A stretch of DNA of 64,000 nt from the NCBI RefSeq assembly GCF_964204645.1, contig NC_134029.1:15618950-15682949 (forward strand). Direction: 5' to 3'. Under the pieces are notes generated by a model. It saw only the letters and a program-made list of their open reading frames with translations. It did no database searches and was not told the origin of the DNA. The DNA is from Tubulanus polymorphus (lineage: Eukaryota; Animalia; Nemertea). Below are positions 11,226 through 23,440 of the stretch, in pieces (within the stretch, counting starts at the first letter, position 1; each line of letters begins with the position of its first letter). A program made the position numbers and the translations under genes.

Positions 11226-12699
11226 GGGTTTTTTTACAATATAAATCTGTATTTAGTGTATCATCTTTTATGTATACCAATACGTCCATGTGTTCTATTT
11301 CTGTTTCTGAATGTCTCAAATCTACTTGTATGTTTTTGTTCATTGTATTTGCTAATGTTTGGAAATTTTGGAGTTCTTCTAGCGACCCTATCCAGATACC
11401 CCATATATCGTCCACATAGTTAGTGGTTTCTTTGGTGACCTGTCTAGAAGTTCTTTCTCCCATTCCCCTAAATATGTGCATGCATAATTCATACCTAGTT
11501 TATAGCCGTTCCCTCTTGCAGTATATAATGTTTGTCCATAAAAGAAAAATTATTGTTTTTCAAAACCATATCCATTAGATCTAATGTCGCTTCAGTCGAT
11601 ACTAGATTTGTTCCAATACGGCTGTCTAGAGCCTTTTGTACAGCTATTCTGGCTTCCCTACGGGGGACATTGGGATTAAGACCCTCAATATCCATACAAA
11701 AGAGTATTGGAGTTTTTGGTAAAGGCCCTTCAAATTTAGATATTTTGTTGAGGAATTGTGCGGTGTCCTTTATGTAACTATCTTGGCTCTGTACACGCTC
11801 TTTTAATTGTGACTCTACAAATTCGGCAGTTTTCTCAATTGGATGAGAGCGCCCATTAACAATTGTCCTTAAAGGTTACCTGCTTCATGTATTTTGGGGT
11901 TGGCCTGTAATTTCCCGGGTGATGGATCCGGAGGCATTAAGTATTTTTTCAAATCCGTCACCCTGTTTATATAGATTGTTGACCAATTTCTTAATTTTGT
12001 TAGATATTTTTCCTGTTTGATCTAAAGGAACTGATTTGTATGATCTGTTTTGTGACATTTAATTTTCTGCCTGTTCAATATATTTGGATGTATCCATTAT
12101 CACTATGACCGAGCACTTATCGGCTGGTCTAATTACTATGTCTCCATCATTAAGGAGTTCTATCATAGCCTTTTCCTCAGATCTATTTAGGTTCTTGGCG
12201 AATTTATGTGTTTAACCTTTTATCATGTCGTCCTTTACTTCCTGTATATATAGGTCCAAATAATTGTCTCTTTCTGTCGGAGGCATCCATGTACTTCGTT
12301 TCTTTTGAAGGAATTGTTCTTTTTCATAGATGGGTTGGTCATCGGTTGAATCATCGTAAAAGAATTCCTTGAGTCTCATCCGACGTTTCCATTCATGTAG
12401 ATCAGTGATGATTTGGGCATATCTAACTTAGAGCGCGAAGGGATAGATTTGAGACCCTTGCGTAACAGGTTGGGGTACCGTTAATATCTTACTGGATAGG
12501 TTTACGACTTCCACATTTATTTCTTTGATGTTTTTGGGTTCGGCATCTCTGCAATGTACCGATGGTTTATGGCCATTTTGTATTTCAAATATGGTTGTAT
12601 CTTCTGCGACCTTTTCTTATGTATCTGTGCAGTATTATCGGCTCGTTTTTGAATTCTTGAATGAGTTTCGCGTATGCATGGTCGACTTGTGTGTTCACT

Positions 12700-13373
12700 T
12701 ATATTGAAATGGTTATTTCTATGTATGATACCAATGAACATTTTTTCGTGATTACATTCACCAGGTGGAAATTTCATCTATGTATCTGCACCGTTGATGT
12801 TGGTACGCACAAATATGTAAATTGAATATTATGCGATGCGACTATGATATCCGCCTCTGTGGCCCATGAGTCAGTGTGACAATCTTCTCTTAGTACATTA
12901 CGGATGTGAATATCATCGTCCCCATCAATGTATGGTTCGTATTTGACAGTATTTGTTTGAAGCTCACATGCTATTTCTGTTCTAACCCTCTTGTATAATT
13001 CCTCATCACCATAAATAGAGTGTGCAATACATCTATAGAAACAATCATCACCCTTCATTTCTATTTCTTCTTGATTAATGGTTCCACAGTAGCTGTTGTT
13101 AACTAAGGTTTTGAATTTTTTCTCCTCGGTTTTTCGTAATTCATTTTCAATTTCTCTCACGCGGTAGTCGATATTGTCCAGTAATTCTTGTTTCGTGTTC
13201 AGTTGAGAATTTCCCTCCAATGATGTCATTACTCTTTCATCCTCCATATCTAGTTTCATTATTTTACTCTTACAAATCTCAATGGTTTTCTTTACTGATT
13301 TATTTGAAGCTGCGTTTAAGATTCCATTTACTGTCTCCAATTCCTCCGGCATATAAAAATTAAAAATATACAT
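12700..13373 (-). pseudogene. OTU-family cysteine protease domain upstream of the Penelope RT
   Basis: MKGDDCFYRCIAHSIYGDEELYKRVR...SWATEADI, then after a frameshift IIHRNNHF: the OTU Cys box, WxxxxE motif and His box. Confidence 0.8.
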
Positions 13374-13499
13374 ATTAAAAGTTATAGAACCGTTTTCTGG
13401 ATATGAACACTTGAGCGCGCTGTGCAGGTTTCTTTTGATTTAATTCTTAATTGCCGAGACCATTCAATTTGTTTCTGTGTTCTCGGATTTCTCTTCAAA

Positions 13500-14989
13500 A
13501 GAATGTCAATGAAATTTAATAAACCAATATTCATTGGTTCAACTGTTTTAGAAATATCAAAATTATTAATTTTTGATTTTTATTATTATGTTTTACAACC
13601 AATTTTTGGGGAAAACATATTGAAATATTATATTATATGATTTTGTAACAGCTGACAGCCCAATATTATTAAAATGTAATGATAAAATATTGATAAGAAG
13701 AATTTCAGAAATAATTCCAAAGCAAAATGAACGTTATATTTCATATGGGGAAAAAGAATTAATACAAATAAATGGATTAATGGATGTTTGGACAAGAAAT
13801 GGATGGAAAAAATTAAAGAATATTATTAGGCATAAAACAAATAAGAAAATCTATAGAGTAAGAACTAAATTAGGGTTTGTAGATGTTACAGAAGATCATA
13901 GTTTAATTAAACGAAATGTCGATGAAATAAAACCAACTGATATAAAAATTGGAGATGAATTATTACATAAAAGATTTTTCAAAAGAATGAATCCTATATC
14001 ATTTGATGAAATGATTGATAATATTCATAATATAGAACCCGAAACATTAGAAGAAAAAGAATATTTTATCAATGGATTTTTTATGGGAGATGGTTCAGCA
14101 GGTGTGTATAATTATGTATAAATATTAGGTGTGTATAATTATAATAATACATGTGAATAATCCTAAAGATTTTGCTATAAAATATAATGATGAATTCTAT
14201 ATTCATGCAATAGTGAAAAGTAATACTTCAACCAAAGAAAAGATAGTACCAGATTATGTATTAAATGCAGAATATAATCTTAGAAAATGGTTCTTCATTG
14301 GATTCTACGCAGCAGATGGTACTAAAAAGTTTACGAGTTCTCCAGTAATAACATTTGCGCAAAAAGGAAAATGTGCAATAAGTGGGCTAAATATACTATG
14401 TAATTCATTAGGATTACAGAAAAACATTTAACTGAAGAAGTTAGAGATTTATTTGAAATATATAACCCAACAGATTATGTTTATGATTTATCAACTGAAG
14501 ATGGAACATTCAATTCTGGTTTCCCATTAATCCAAAAATACCGATTCGTACATACTAAAAATCAAGACAAATGACATAACAAAAGACTTAAAAACATTAA
14601 AACATCATTTTGATTTTAGCAATTATCCAAAAGATCATGAATCATTTAGCAATGATAATAAAAAGCAGCCTGGTAAGTTTAAAGATGAATTAGGGGGTGA
14701 TGAAATGATTGAATTTGTTGGGATAAGAAGTAAAATGTATAGTTATAGAACAAAAGATCATGAAGCTAAAAAGTTAAAAGGAATCACAAAGCATGTGGTT
14801 GACAAACATAGAATTTCAAGATTATAGTAAGTGTTTATACAACTCAATTGTAATGAAACACAAAATGAATTGTTTAAGATCGGAAGATCACGAGATGTAC
14901 ATTAATAAAGTTGAAAAAAACTAGTTTAATTCGACGATAAGAGATATATTTTGGATGATGGAGTAAAAACATTACCTTATGGCCATTAA
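13500..14989 (+). pseudogene. Protein-primed DNA polymerase B C-terminal region with intein, copy 2
   Basis: N-extein KFNKPIFIGSTVLEISKLLIFDFYY...LY-D; intein 13642-14539; C-extein TDSYILK...GKFKDELGG...GIRSKMYSY...DDKRY...TLPYGH; frameshifted. Confidence 0.92.
13642..14539 (+). other. Intein with LAGLIDADG homing endonuclease in the PolB YxD|TDS motif, copy 2; both splice junctions visible
   Basis: GAT (13639-41) | TTT GTA ACA GCT GAC AGC CCA ATA TTA TTA (xVTADSPILL, block A; TTT is one change from TCT/TGT); VTEDHSL; INGFFMGDGS; VPDYVLNA...WFFIGFYAADG; YVYDLSTEDGTFNSG; AAA AAT | ACC GAT TCG (KN|TDS, 14540-48). Confidence 0.92.
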
Positions 14990-15270
14990 AACATAAAATC
15001 AAGATCATCAAACTCGAAATCACTACTGGTTTCTTCATTTTTATTTAATTGTTTAGGTTCTTCCATTTCATTTTTCTCATTTAAATAAAGTTCTATATTA
15101 TTCCACATTTCATCTAGCTCTCTTTGTTTCTTTTTGTTCGTTAATTCATCTAATGGATTTATAATATCGATGTTTTAAAAATTTACAATCTTATCTAAAT
15201 AGAATTCATAATTAATTAGGGTTTTCTGTTACATCACAGAAAACCCTATTGATATCCGCGTGATTATTAT

Positions 15271-18200
15271 TAGGGTTTTCTGACTTTCGTCGAAAACCCT
15301 TTTGTAATTCTGTTGATTGTTATTATTATTATTTACATATTTTCCACTTTTTTTTCGCACATAAAATTCATCTATCAGATTCGACAACTAACTGCTTCTA
15401 ATTGAAATGTAGAATTCTGATAGTAATATAACACGCATTCGCTCCGCGTAGATTATATCTATGCACTCTCCGTCCTATTTTAAACTTAAAATTACTTACT
15501 GAAAGATAACACCGGATGATAGTAGCAATCGCGACTTGCCCTGTGCGGTACTCCCATTAACGATAGAAACAGCGACCTGTCCTGTGGCATGGTGGATAAG
15601 GTGTTGGACTCCCAACTGAGAGGTCGAGGGTTCGAATCCTAGTGAAACCATGCATTATCACAGTACAGCGCCGGCGCGCAACAATTGTTTTATTAATGAA
15701 ACAACATGGTGGATGGGTGAAATCATTTTCGGCTTAAATTTATCGCGAGTTTTAGGACTTGAATGAATTTCACCAAACCATGATTTCTAAAATGAGTCAA
15801 TTGGGGGGGATTAATTCTATTCGTAAATCAATTTACGTTGGCTACATTTCCTGAAGATTTCGGGGTCAAATCAACGTGATATGGACAGAAATTGTAGGAA
15901 TTTTCATACGGAATTTTACTTCCGCGTTCAGTTGACGACTCGGATCGATGACAACGACAGCGGAGTTTATGTATTTTAAGGTGAGAATCCGTTAACCAGG
16001 GAATGTATTAAATGATTTCTTTAATAATATGAGTATGGTAGCAAATGAGTAGGCCTACTCGGTGAAGCAATGATCATTGTTGGCTACTAACTTAATGCCT
16101 AGATTTTTGGGGGGATTCGCCTAGAATAGATTTAGGCCCTAAATATAATGGGTAGAGCCAGTCAGTGGAATGCCTTAATAGCAGCTAGTTATGGCCTGGT
16201 TTACACTGAATGTGCATGACAATTTATTTTGATTACTTTCTTTCCAGCTATTATTCGTGGAATGAACTGGTCACTACGGTCTTCAATTCCTTTGCGGATT
16301 CTTGCAGGAGTATTAAACCACAGTGCGCAAATGTATTTTTCAAATTAGGCTTTTTCGACATTGACAGCCAAAGACGTATTAACTTAACACGCTAACTGAA
16401 GCGCAACTGTCTCAGATGCTGTAAGTACTTGACGTTTTGCGAATTTTTTTTTTGTAATGCAATATTTGGATTAGTAATCAGTCGTGCTAACGTACATGCA
16501 GAATTGGATTCTGCATAATTATGGGATGATAATTCATGGGCGTCACGAGTCCCGCGACATACCCTTGATATGAAGCTTTTTTAATGTTAATCATTGACTT
16601 GTTTTGGAGTAAACTGAATAGCCCTTTAAATACCAATGCCACGTGGCTTGGTGTCTATGCTCTACGAGACTGTAGTAATAGATTTTCACAACAAACTCAT
16701 GATTTCAAATAGTCTCCTAAGATATCTATATATTATTTCGCTCCTTACCTAAGTAATTCTTACATTTGATTGCTTAATTACAGATAGAAAGAGGTCAGAT
16801 GGCATGAAAATCGACTGTGGCTGACTAATTGGCGCGAGTAACCAAAATGCTTCAATCATCAGGGGTAGACAAATTAGCCGAAGATGAATGAAAACTTCAC
16901 CTTGATGATCATCAGTTGATTTTGCTGTAATTATTTGCCTGGATATATCCTTCATTCCAAAATCTGTCTTCAGTAGAATTTCTTTCAATAAAATATTTTA
17001 AAGATTGAATTTGAATTGATCTTAAAACCAGAGAAAGCATTCAGAAATTTAGAAAATCCTTGACTCATAATCAAATTCTGTGAAGTCAGTTAAGGTCTTT
17101 TTGGTCGAATCAAGCCGAGGGCTCAGGTGACTAAAACTCAATTCCTCACTGTCTTATAATGCCGAGTACGACGGAGTTTACACACTGAAACACGTTGGGC
17201 TGTGTAAGTGTAATTTGGATAAGTCCACAATATAATGACCGCCCTGCCCCGCTGCATCTGAGACGTCAACAAGTTAGACTGTATTGCTTCGATGAAATTA
17301 AGAAAGAAAACAACAAAACTAGTTGCGTTGATCAACAAAAATAAATCAACAGTTTATTACAATACTTCAATTTCAAAATAAGGATAGGAAAAAAGGGAAC
17401 AACAAGTGTGTTTGCCATGCGTCTTTAAATATTTCCCAAGAATATATCTTTTTCTGGCCACCACCTGCCTCGACATCAGACTTTTTCGAGATTTTCGCTA
17501 AAAATACGAAACAAGACAAAATTGATGGATGGGAATCATACATGCTACAATTCACTTTTACTGCGAACATTGGAATGAGCTAAAGCAAATTGCTAGGAGG
17601 AAACATTGAGTCAAATGATGTTTCAAAATCTGGACGGGAAAAGTTTTACTGAATTGTATGGCTAATGGCAAATACATGTTTATATTGATAAGGTAAATAT
17701 CTGTATAAAAGGTTGTATAGCAACTTGAATTGAAGGATTAATGCAATAGGTCTCTTATTCTAAAAGACAAGTGAGCCATACTTACTAGATTGGTCATGTG
17801 AATCAACATCAAATTTAGAACTATCATCCATTTTTAGTTTTCAATCAAAGACCAACCTATGAAATAAAGTACATATTTTTAACAACCTGGAATAAATTAA
17901 AATAAATCTGAGGAATTCACCAAATTTCTGTATCGAACCCCTAATATATAACCTATAGATTGATACTTACATACGACAAATTGACGAAGAAACTTCATTT
18001 GACAGTATACAAACTCGCGGACAAACTCCCAAAATGAATCATTTCCTATTCACCTAGAATCAAACAAAATACAACTAAAAAATTCACAATACAGATTTCG
18101 GTTTCGAATCCTTCAAATAGCTGTTTACTTACATGAAACGAATTATCAAACTACTTCTGCCGACAGCATACCAACTCGCTGACAAACCCCCAAAATAAAA

Positions 18201-20165
18201 CGTGTCATGATAAACATCTGGAATTAAACGTAATAAAGCTACAAAATTTACAAAATGTCGGTTTCGGATCCCTCAAATAGCCTTACACTTACAAATGATG
18301 GATTATCAAACAACTATGAACTCCCACAACGCCACATGTCTTTGATAATCTACAGTGAAAACCTGGAATTAAGTCAAATAAATCTTAAATTCCGATTTGA
18401 ACCCAACGTAGGCCCTCTCTCTACTTGTAGGCCTAAGATCTTGAAATAGGATGAATAATGTTATGATGAAAGAGGCATAATGGTTCGGAAAAAATTGAAT
18501 TCAATATGGCTCTTGGCCCGGCAAAGTTTGCTTTTGAAATATCCTTTTGATTAGGCCTAGTTACACATTTTAAAAGCAAATTTCATTTTGCATCAAATTA
18601 AAAGCGGCTTTGTTGAGGGAAAGATTCGTTTGAGTCGTAAAATTTATAGCCTAGAACCAATTTCTTCGTCAAAGCGTGATGCACAATTTTGACTGGGTCT
18701 TTTTTCCACGTGGTAGTGGACAGAAAATTTGAATAGGCCTAAATAATAGAATAATCTTTCTTAGGTTTCATGATAAAGATGCAGCATTAACTTAGATTAA
18801 TGCTTATCTTTTACAATTAGGCTTATGTTTCAAAGGAAAACGCCCACAGTTGGTCGAACAGGGGTTAGGCATTGATGGTGGAGACTAGAGGGGCTGTGCC
18901 TGTGTGTGTGCTGAAACAGAGATAAAGATGCATGCACCGGAATGAGTTTGTCGAGTGGAGCTTATTATTCCATCCGGGATAGTGTACTATAGTCATATGT
19001 TATATATCAAAATGTTCCTTATTAGTTCTGCTGCATCGCTAAAAACAAATTGAGATAGGTTTCCCTGCAGCGATGCACTCTATGATCTTTAGAACCTGTC
19101 TTTGCTGACTGGGAATAAGATATTTCTCAGCGCGAAGGGGGCGGGGCGCAGCGTCACTAGGTCCCGCTCCGCGAGGAAGCTAGATTTTCAAAGAAATGAG
19201 TGCACGCGACGGCCGTGACCACTTGTTAGTGACGTCATCAAGAAGGATGGCTCCGAGAATCGCCACATCACAGGTTACTGTGAATAAATGGGATTCGACC
19301 ATTCAAAAGTTCAGAATGTACTTTCTTGTTTTGTAAAACAATTTTATTCATGTCGTTATATAAAGCATTTCGTTTGAAACATTCTTTAATAATGTTTGTT
19401 GAGTTTAAAGCCAATTGTCGTTGTGTAATTCGATACTGGTCACTGACATCAAAGTTTTAGTTTCTGTTCACATGTTTCGACTTATAAATATCCAACTTGT
19501 ATGTTCTATCTTTTAATACAGGCCATGTGATTAATTGCGTATCACTCCATTAGTTTAAAAAGAGAGCACATATTTCGATATTGTTAAATAATTAACTACA
19601 TTTTTTTCTGTCAGACGTTGATTTTTACCCATCACTTATAAAATTCAAATGTACGTGATGTATTCTGTAAGCTATGTAAGCTTGTTCTTTAAAATACACT
19701 ATGAATTTTCAATTTGTTCTGACCATAATAGTTTATTTTTCGTAAATAAAATTTATATTTTAATTAAATAATTTCAAAATCTTTTCTATGCCCTCTGCAA
19801 CAGAAAGTTAATAAGGACTATTACATATTCAGATGTACGTTGATAATTGATTTCAATCCTCCGTTCAAATAATTATATGAACATTATTTCGGAAAATGCA
19901 GGTGGCGCACAATCATAATACATACAACTCATCAAGCTGACGAGTAGTTTCCGTAACCAATGTTACAGACGGGTAACCAATCTACGCGACTCCGCAGACA
20001 ACTAAACGACCCGAGTAACCCCCCCTTTGACTATAACTATAAATTATGTTATGTTAAACCGCATTGGTGTGACTTGACACGTCAAATGCGTATCCCGTAT
20101 TGACATATTTCTATTATCCACTTTTCAAACTATGAATAGCACGCCTGCTCAGAAAACCCGTTATC
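15271..20165 (+). mobile_element. HINE-like element, family B (long, non-coding)
   Basis: The first ~250 bp recur at 62745-62975; closes with AGAAAACCCGTTATC at 20151-20165; no credible ORF. Confidence 0.55.
15578..15650 (+). other. tRNA-like (SINE head or tRNA pseudogene) segment
   Basis: A-box-like TGGCATGGTGG and B box GGTTCGAATCC at tRNA spacing, ends in CCA; the acceptor stem pairs poorly. Confidence 0.5.
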
Positions 20166-20574
20166 TGTATTATTATTTTCTTCCACACTATTTTTACCAA
20201 AAGAACATAGGCTTTGTTACCTTACCGCTGTTTCATATACAATCCATATAATATCGTTCAGCTCAATGAGATCTACAAATAGCCCGCGTGTTTTTTCGCG
20301 AATCATCGTTACAAAAGCGCTGTCGGGCCGTAAACATCGAAAATTTAGCCCCATTCAATGGGGCGACATGTTTTTCGAGTTGTCATCCCGAAATCAACCC
20401 GCAGGCCGACTGTCACTTCGATTATCAATTCAAGTATAAATGAACTAATTCATTGCCGCAGACTTCAAATTCAGTCGCGGTCTTCAAACAGTGATTTCAA
20501 CAATAGCCCATTTTCCTCATCAAATCATATTACCGATACACAGGAAATTTACTACTTTAGATTTTAAAAGCACT

Positions 20575-22161
20575 ATCACGATAGGTAGAACACAATATCC
20601 GTGTTGACGCGATGAGGAGAGAATCCCACAATGATAATAAAAAGTCCGAAAATGAAACTTCGAGATAGTAGTTTATTTCAACGTTTCGACTATATCCTAA
20701 TAGTCATCTTCAGGAATAATGAGATACTACAGAAATTATGAGATATATATACAATCCAGAGACAAAGAGACTAATTCAAGTAATCAGAGATGATACAAAC
20801 TAAAGGAAAATTAACGTAGAAACAGTTACACGCTAAAATAGATTAAAGGGAAGCAAACTAAGGGGTGATTATAAACAACAATAGTGAGTATAAATATAAA
20901 TGAAACTTAAAGTCAGTAGTAAAAGGAAAGACAAACTAGGGGGCACTAAAATTAAAACAAAGGTGAATACAAGTTAAGTCAGAGACGAAATTGATGAGAG
21001 AACAAATAACAAATAATCAAAGGGGAAATCAAGTGTTGAGTTTAACCAGTTTACAGAGGAATTTTGATATAAGTTTATTATGGGGTGAAAAACCATTGTT
21101 AAGGTTTACAACGTTGTTCGAATTTTCAATAATTAATGCAGATTCCAAAATATGTCTTCTAGTTTTATCGCTGCAAGGGTAAACTAATTCAGCATTAGCA
21201 AAATCAAAATTGTGTGAAGTCTGAAAAACATGACTAAGTTTTTTACATCTAATTTATGCTCTTTTATGCGTTGATTAAGATTCCGACCTGTTTCTCCTAT
21301 ATATACTTTGTCGCAAACTTTACAAGGTATTTTATAAATTCCACAGTTTAGGGATTCGGTTTTCGGTTTGTTGTTAATCAATATGTTACTAAGTTTATTA
21401 TTGTATTTAAAGATAAGTTGTTTATTTAGTGACCGAAGAGAAACTTTAGAATTCTCAAGAAAGGTACATACGGTACAATGATAGGCTGTTTATCGGTAGC
21501 CAACGTAGGAGTTCTAAGGTTGTTATTTCTAAAATGCGTAGTACGAGCTTTAAGTAGAGCTTTTTTCAATAGGAAATCGGGGTAGGCAAGTTTTTGGAGA
21601 GATTGGTTAATACGGTGAATTTCATCGGGTAGAAATGAGGGGTCGCAAATTCTCAAAGCGCGAAGAAATAATCCTTGAGCTAAACCGAGTTTAATATCCG
21701 GAGAAGTAAAAGAGAAGTAATGGAGGTAGGATTCAGCGTTGGTAGGTTTCCTATAAACCGCGAATTTCAAAAAGGATCCACAGTTAAAAATCAAAACATC
21801 CAGAAAAGGTATTTTACTATTAGATTCCCATTCATACGTAAAAGCCAGAGACGGGTAAAGGGAGTTTTTAAAATATATAAGAAAGTTATCAACATTGAAG
21901 TCAAAGGGAACCAAAGCCAGAACATCGTCAACATATCTGAGCCAGATTTTAGGGTGAATATCAGTGTAAAGAGGCAATATTTCAGATTCAACATGTTCTA
22001 GGAATAAATTAGCTAGAATAGGACTAAGAGGATTTCCCATAGCGATACCGAATGTCTGTTCGTAAAAACAATTGTTGAATTCAAAAAAGGAGTCCGTCGT
22101 ACAAATAGAGATAAGGTCGATGATACAATCCGTAGGAATGCCGAAGTTAATGTTAAGTGAT
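20575..22161 (-). mobile_element. Penelope-like retroelement (Penelope/Poseidon-type), 5'-truncated, with 13-bp TSD
   Basis: RT GIAMGNPLSPILANLF...WLRYVDD...IPFLDV...VYRKPT; GIY-YIG CGIYKIPCKVCDKVYIGETGR; TSD TTTTAAAAGCACT at 20562-20574 and 22162-22174, splitting a HINE-A body that is contiguous in the other copies. Confidence 0.93.
20673..20719 (-). ncRNA. Minimal type I hammerhead ribozyme in the Penelope 3' region
   Basis: Minus strand TTATTC-CTGAAGA-T-GACTAT-TAGGAT-ATAGTC-GAAA-CGTT-GAAATAA: CUGANGA and GAAA core, 6-bp stem II, imperfect stem I. Confidence 0.7.
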
Positions 22162-23126
22162 TTTTAAAAGCACTGTCGAGCCGTAAACATCGACGAATCG
22201 ACGTGTGTTACTACATCGTCGTTCCGGGGATCAGCTGCGAGTTTCTCCTCATCATGAGAATCAAATCGAGTACAAATTAATTTATTACTACCAGTGATTT
22301 GGCTGCGGGTTTCAAGGAGTTAGTATAACAATACCTATTTTTCTTTACCGAATTAACCGTGTATTTACTAAGATAAATCTTTAGTGTACCGGGGAATCGT
22401 AGGCCTAAACTAAACACGCCGAAGAGATATAGCGGAGAAAAGCTGTTATGTCGACGAGGTATCAAAATAAAAGAATATATTACTTTATTCGGCCGCGGGC
22501 TTCAACCTCTATATCAATACCATCAATACTCTATATTTCCTACAGTACATACCGATCATTGTCAAATGCACAAGGTATTTACTAAATACAAGTATATAAC
22601 ACACTCCTTTCCGTATGCTGGACTCACACTTGAAATTCGGAGTAAGTGTTCGCTGTGGGGGAAAGGAGATCGTTCGCTGTGTCGCTTGAAGTGTTCATCG
22701 AGTTTTACGGGGCTATAGGCCTACCGGTACTGAGCTTTACTAAACAAACACAGAATAATTGTTGCGTTTATTAACGGACTCATTGGATTGAACTTCAAAA
22801 CAAAATTTACGATATTTAGGTGGGTTGTTATTCAATAGGCCTACGACCAATCTGTCCAGATTTTAGGCCTACGCATATACATAGGCCTACATCGGCTAGT
22901 AGCCTTTACTGGGTTAAAGCTAAGTTCACTGTAAAGGAGGAATCAGATTTATTAAAGTGCATGTTAATTAGTGATTTACTGGTTCTGACTTGTAACGATC
23001 AATCACAATTATCAATTTTATTGACAAAAATGAAGATTTTTTTGAAAATTTCGTTTGAGCAGACAGCTTTATAAGCCAGACTTTTCATCATAAATGAAAC
23101 TGGTATTTCTTTAATTCCTATGACTT

Positions 23127-23440
23127 AAGCCGGGGGTGGGTCGGCCTTGCGATGGCTTGTGACTCACTGCGACCGCCAGCGACTATTGTGTCGCAACGAC
23201 TCATCGACCTATGCTCCCTTGCAACAGGTTGTGACTGTCAGCAACGCCAGTGACAAGGAGTGGCTCGTGTTCTACTTTCTGCGACGCGACACGACTGTCA
23301 CAACCGACCTACGTGCTCTTGCGACTGGCAGAAACTAGTCGCACACAGTCGCTGACAATCGTATCGCAACCGATTTGCACCGAAACTTGCGATGCAACGC
23401 GAGGATCGCATCGCGTCACAAGGCCAACCTACGTCCGGCT
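23127..23440. mobile_element. MITE, PIF/Harbinger-like, second copy
   Basis: TTA-AGCCGGGGGTGGGTCGGCCTTGCGA...TCACAAGGCCAACCTACGTCCGGCT; same position in HINE-A as 8997-9259. Confidence 0.75.

Larger units (their letters stand above)
10210..13499 (-). mobile_element. Penelope-like retroelement, Neptune-type, decayed: OTU-like domain, RT, Cys linker, GIY-YIG
   Basis: VVNLSSK...LLRKGLK...IVIRPADK (12510-12110); RT MDIEGL..NVP, LKNNNFSF, YVDDIWGIW, TDLYCK; thumb HLYLDYSSCH..AIPYG; CAICP linker; GIY-YIG NVVYAIFC...IYVGETG (10430-10510). Confidence 0.88.

Noticed and set aside
13690-14431. Hedgehog-type Hint domain or free-standing homing endonuclease gene
   Set aside because: The HINT blocks enclose the LAGLIDADG motifs and sit between D and TDS of the polymerase motif, which defines an intein.
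15578-15650. Functional tRNA-Gly gene
   Set aside because: Acceptor and anticodon stems pair poorly and it is embedded in a repeat.
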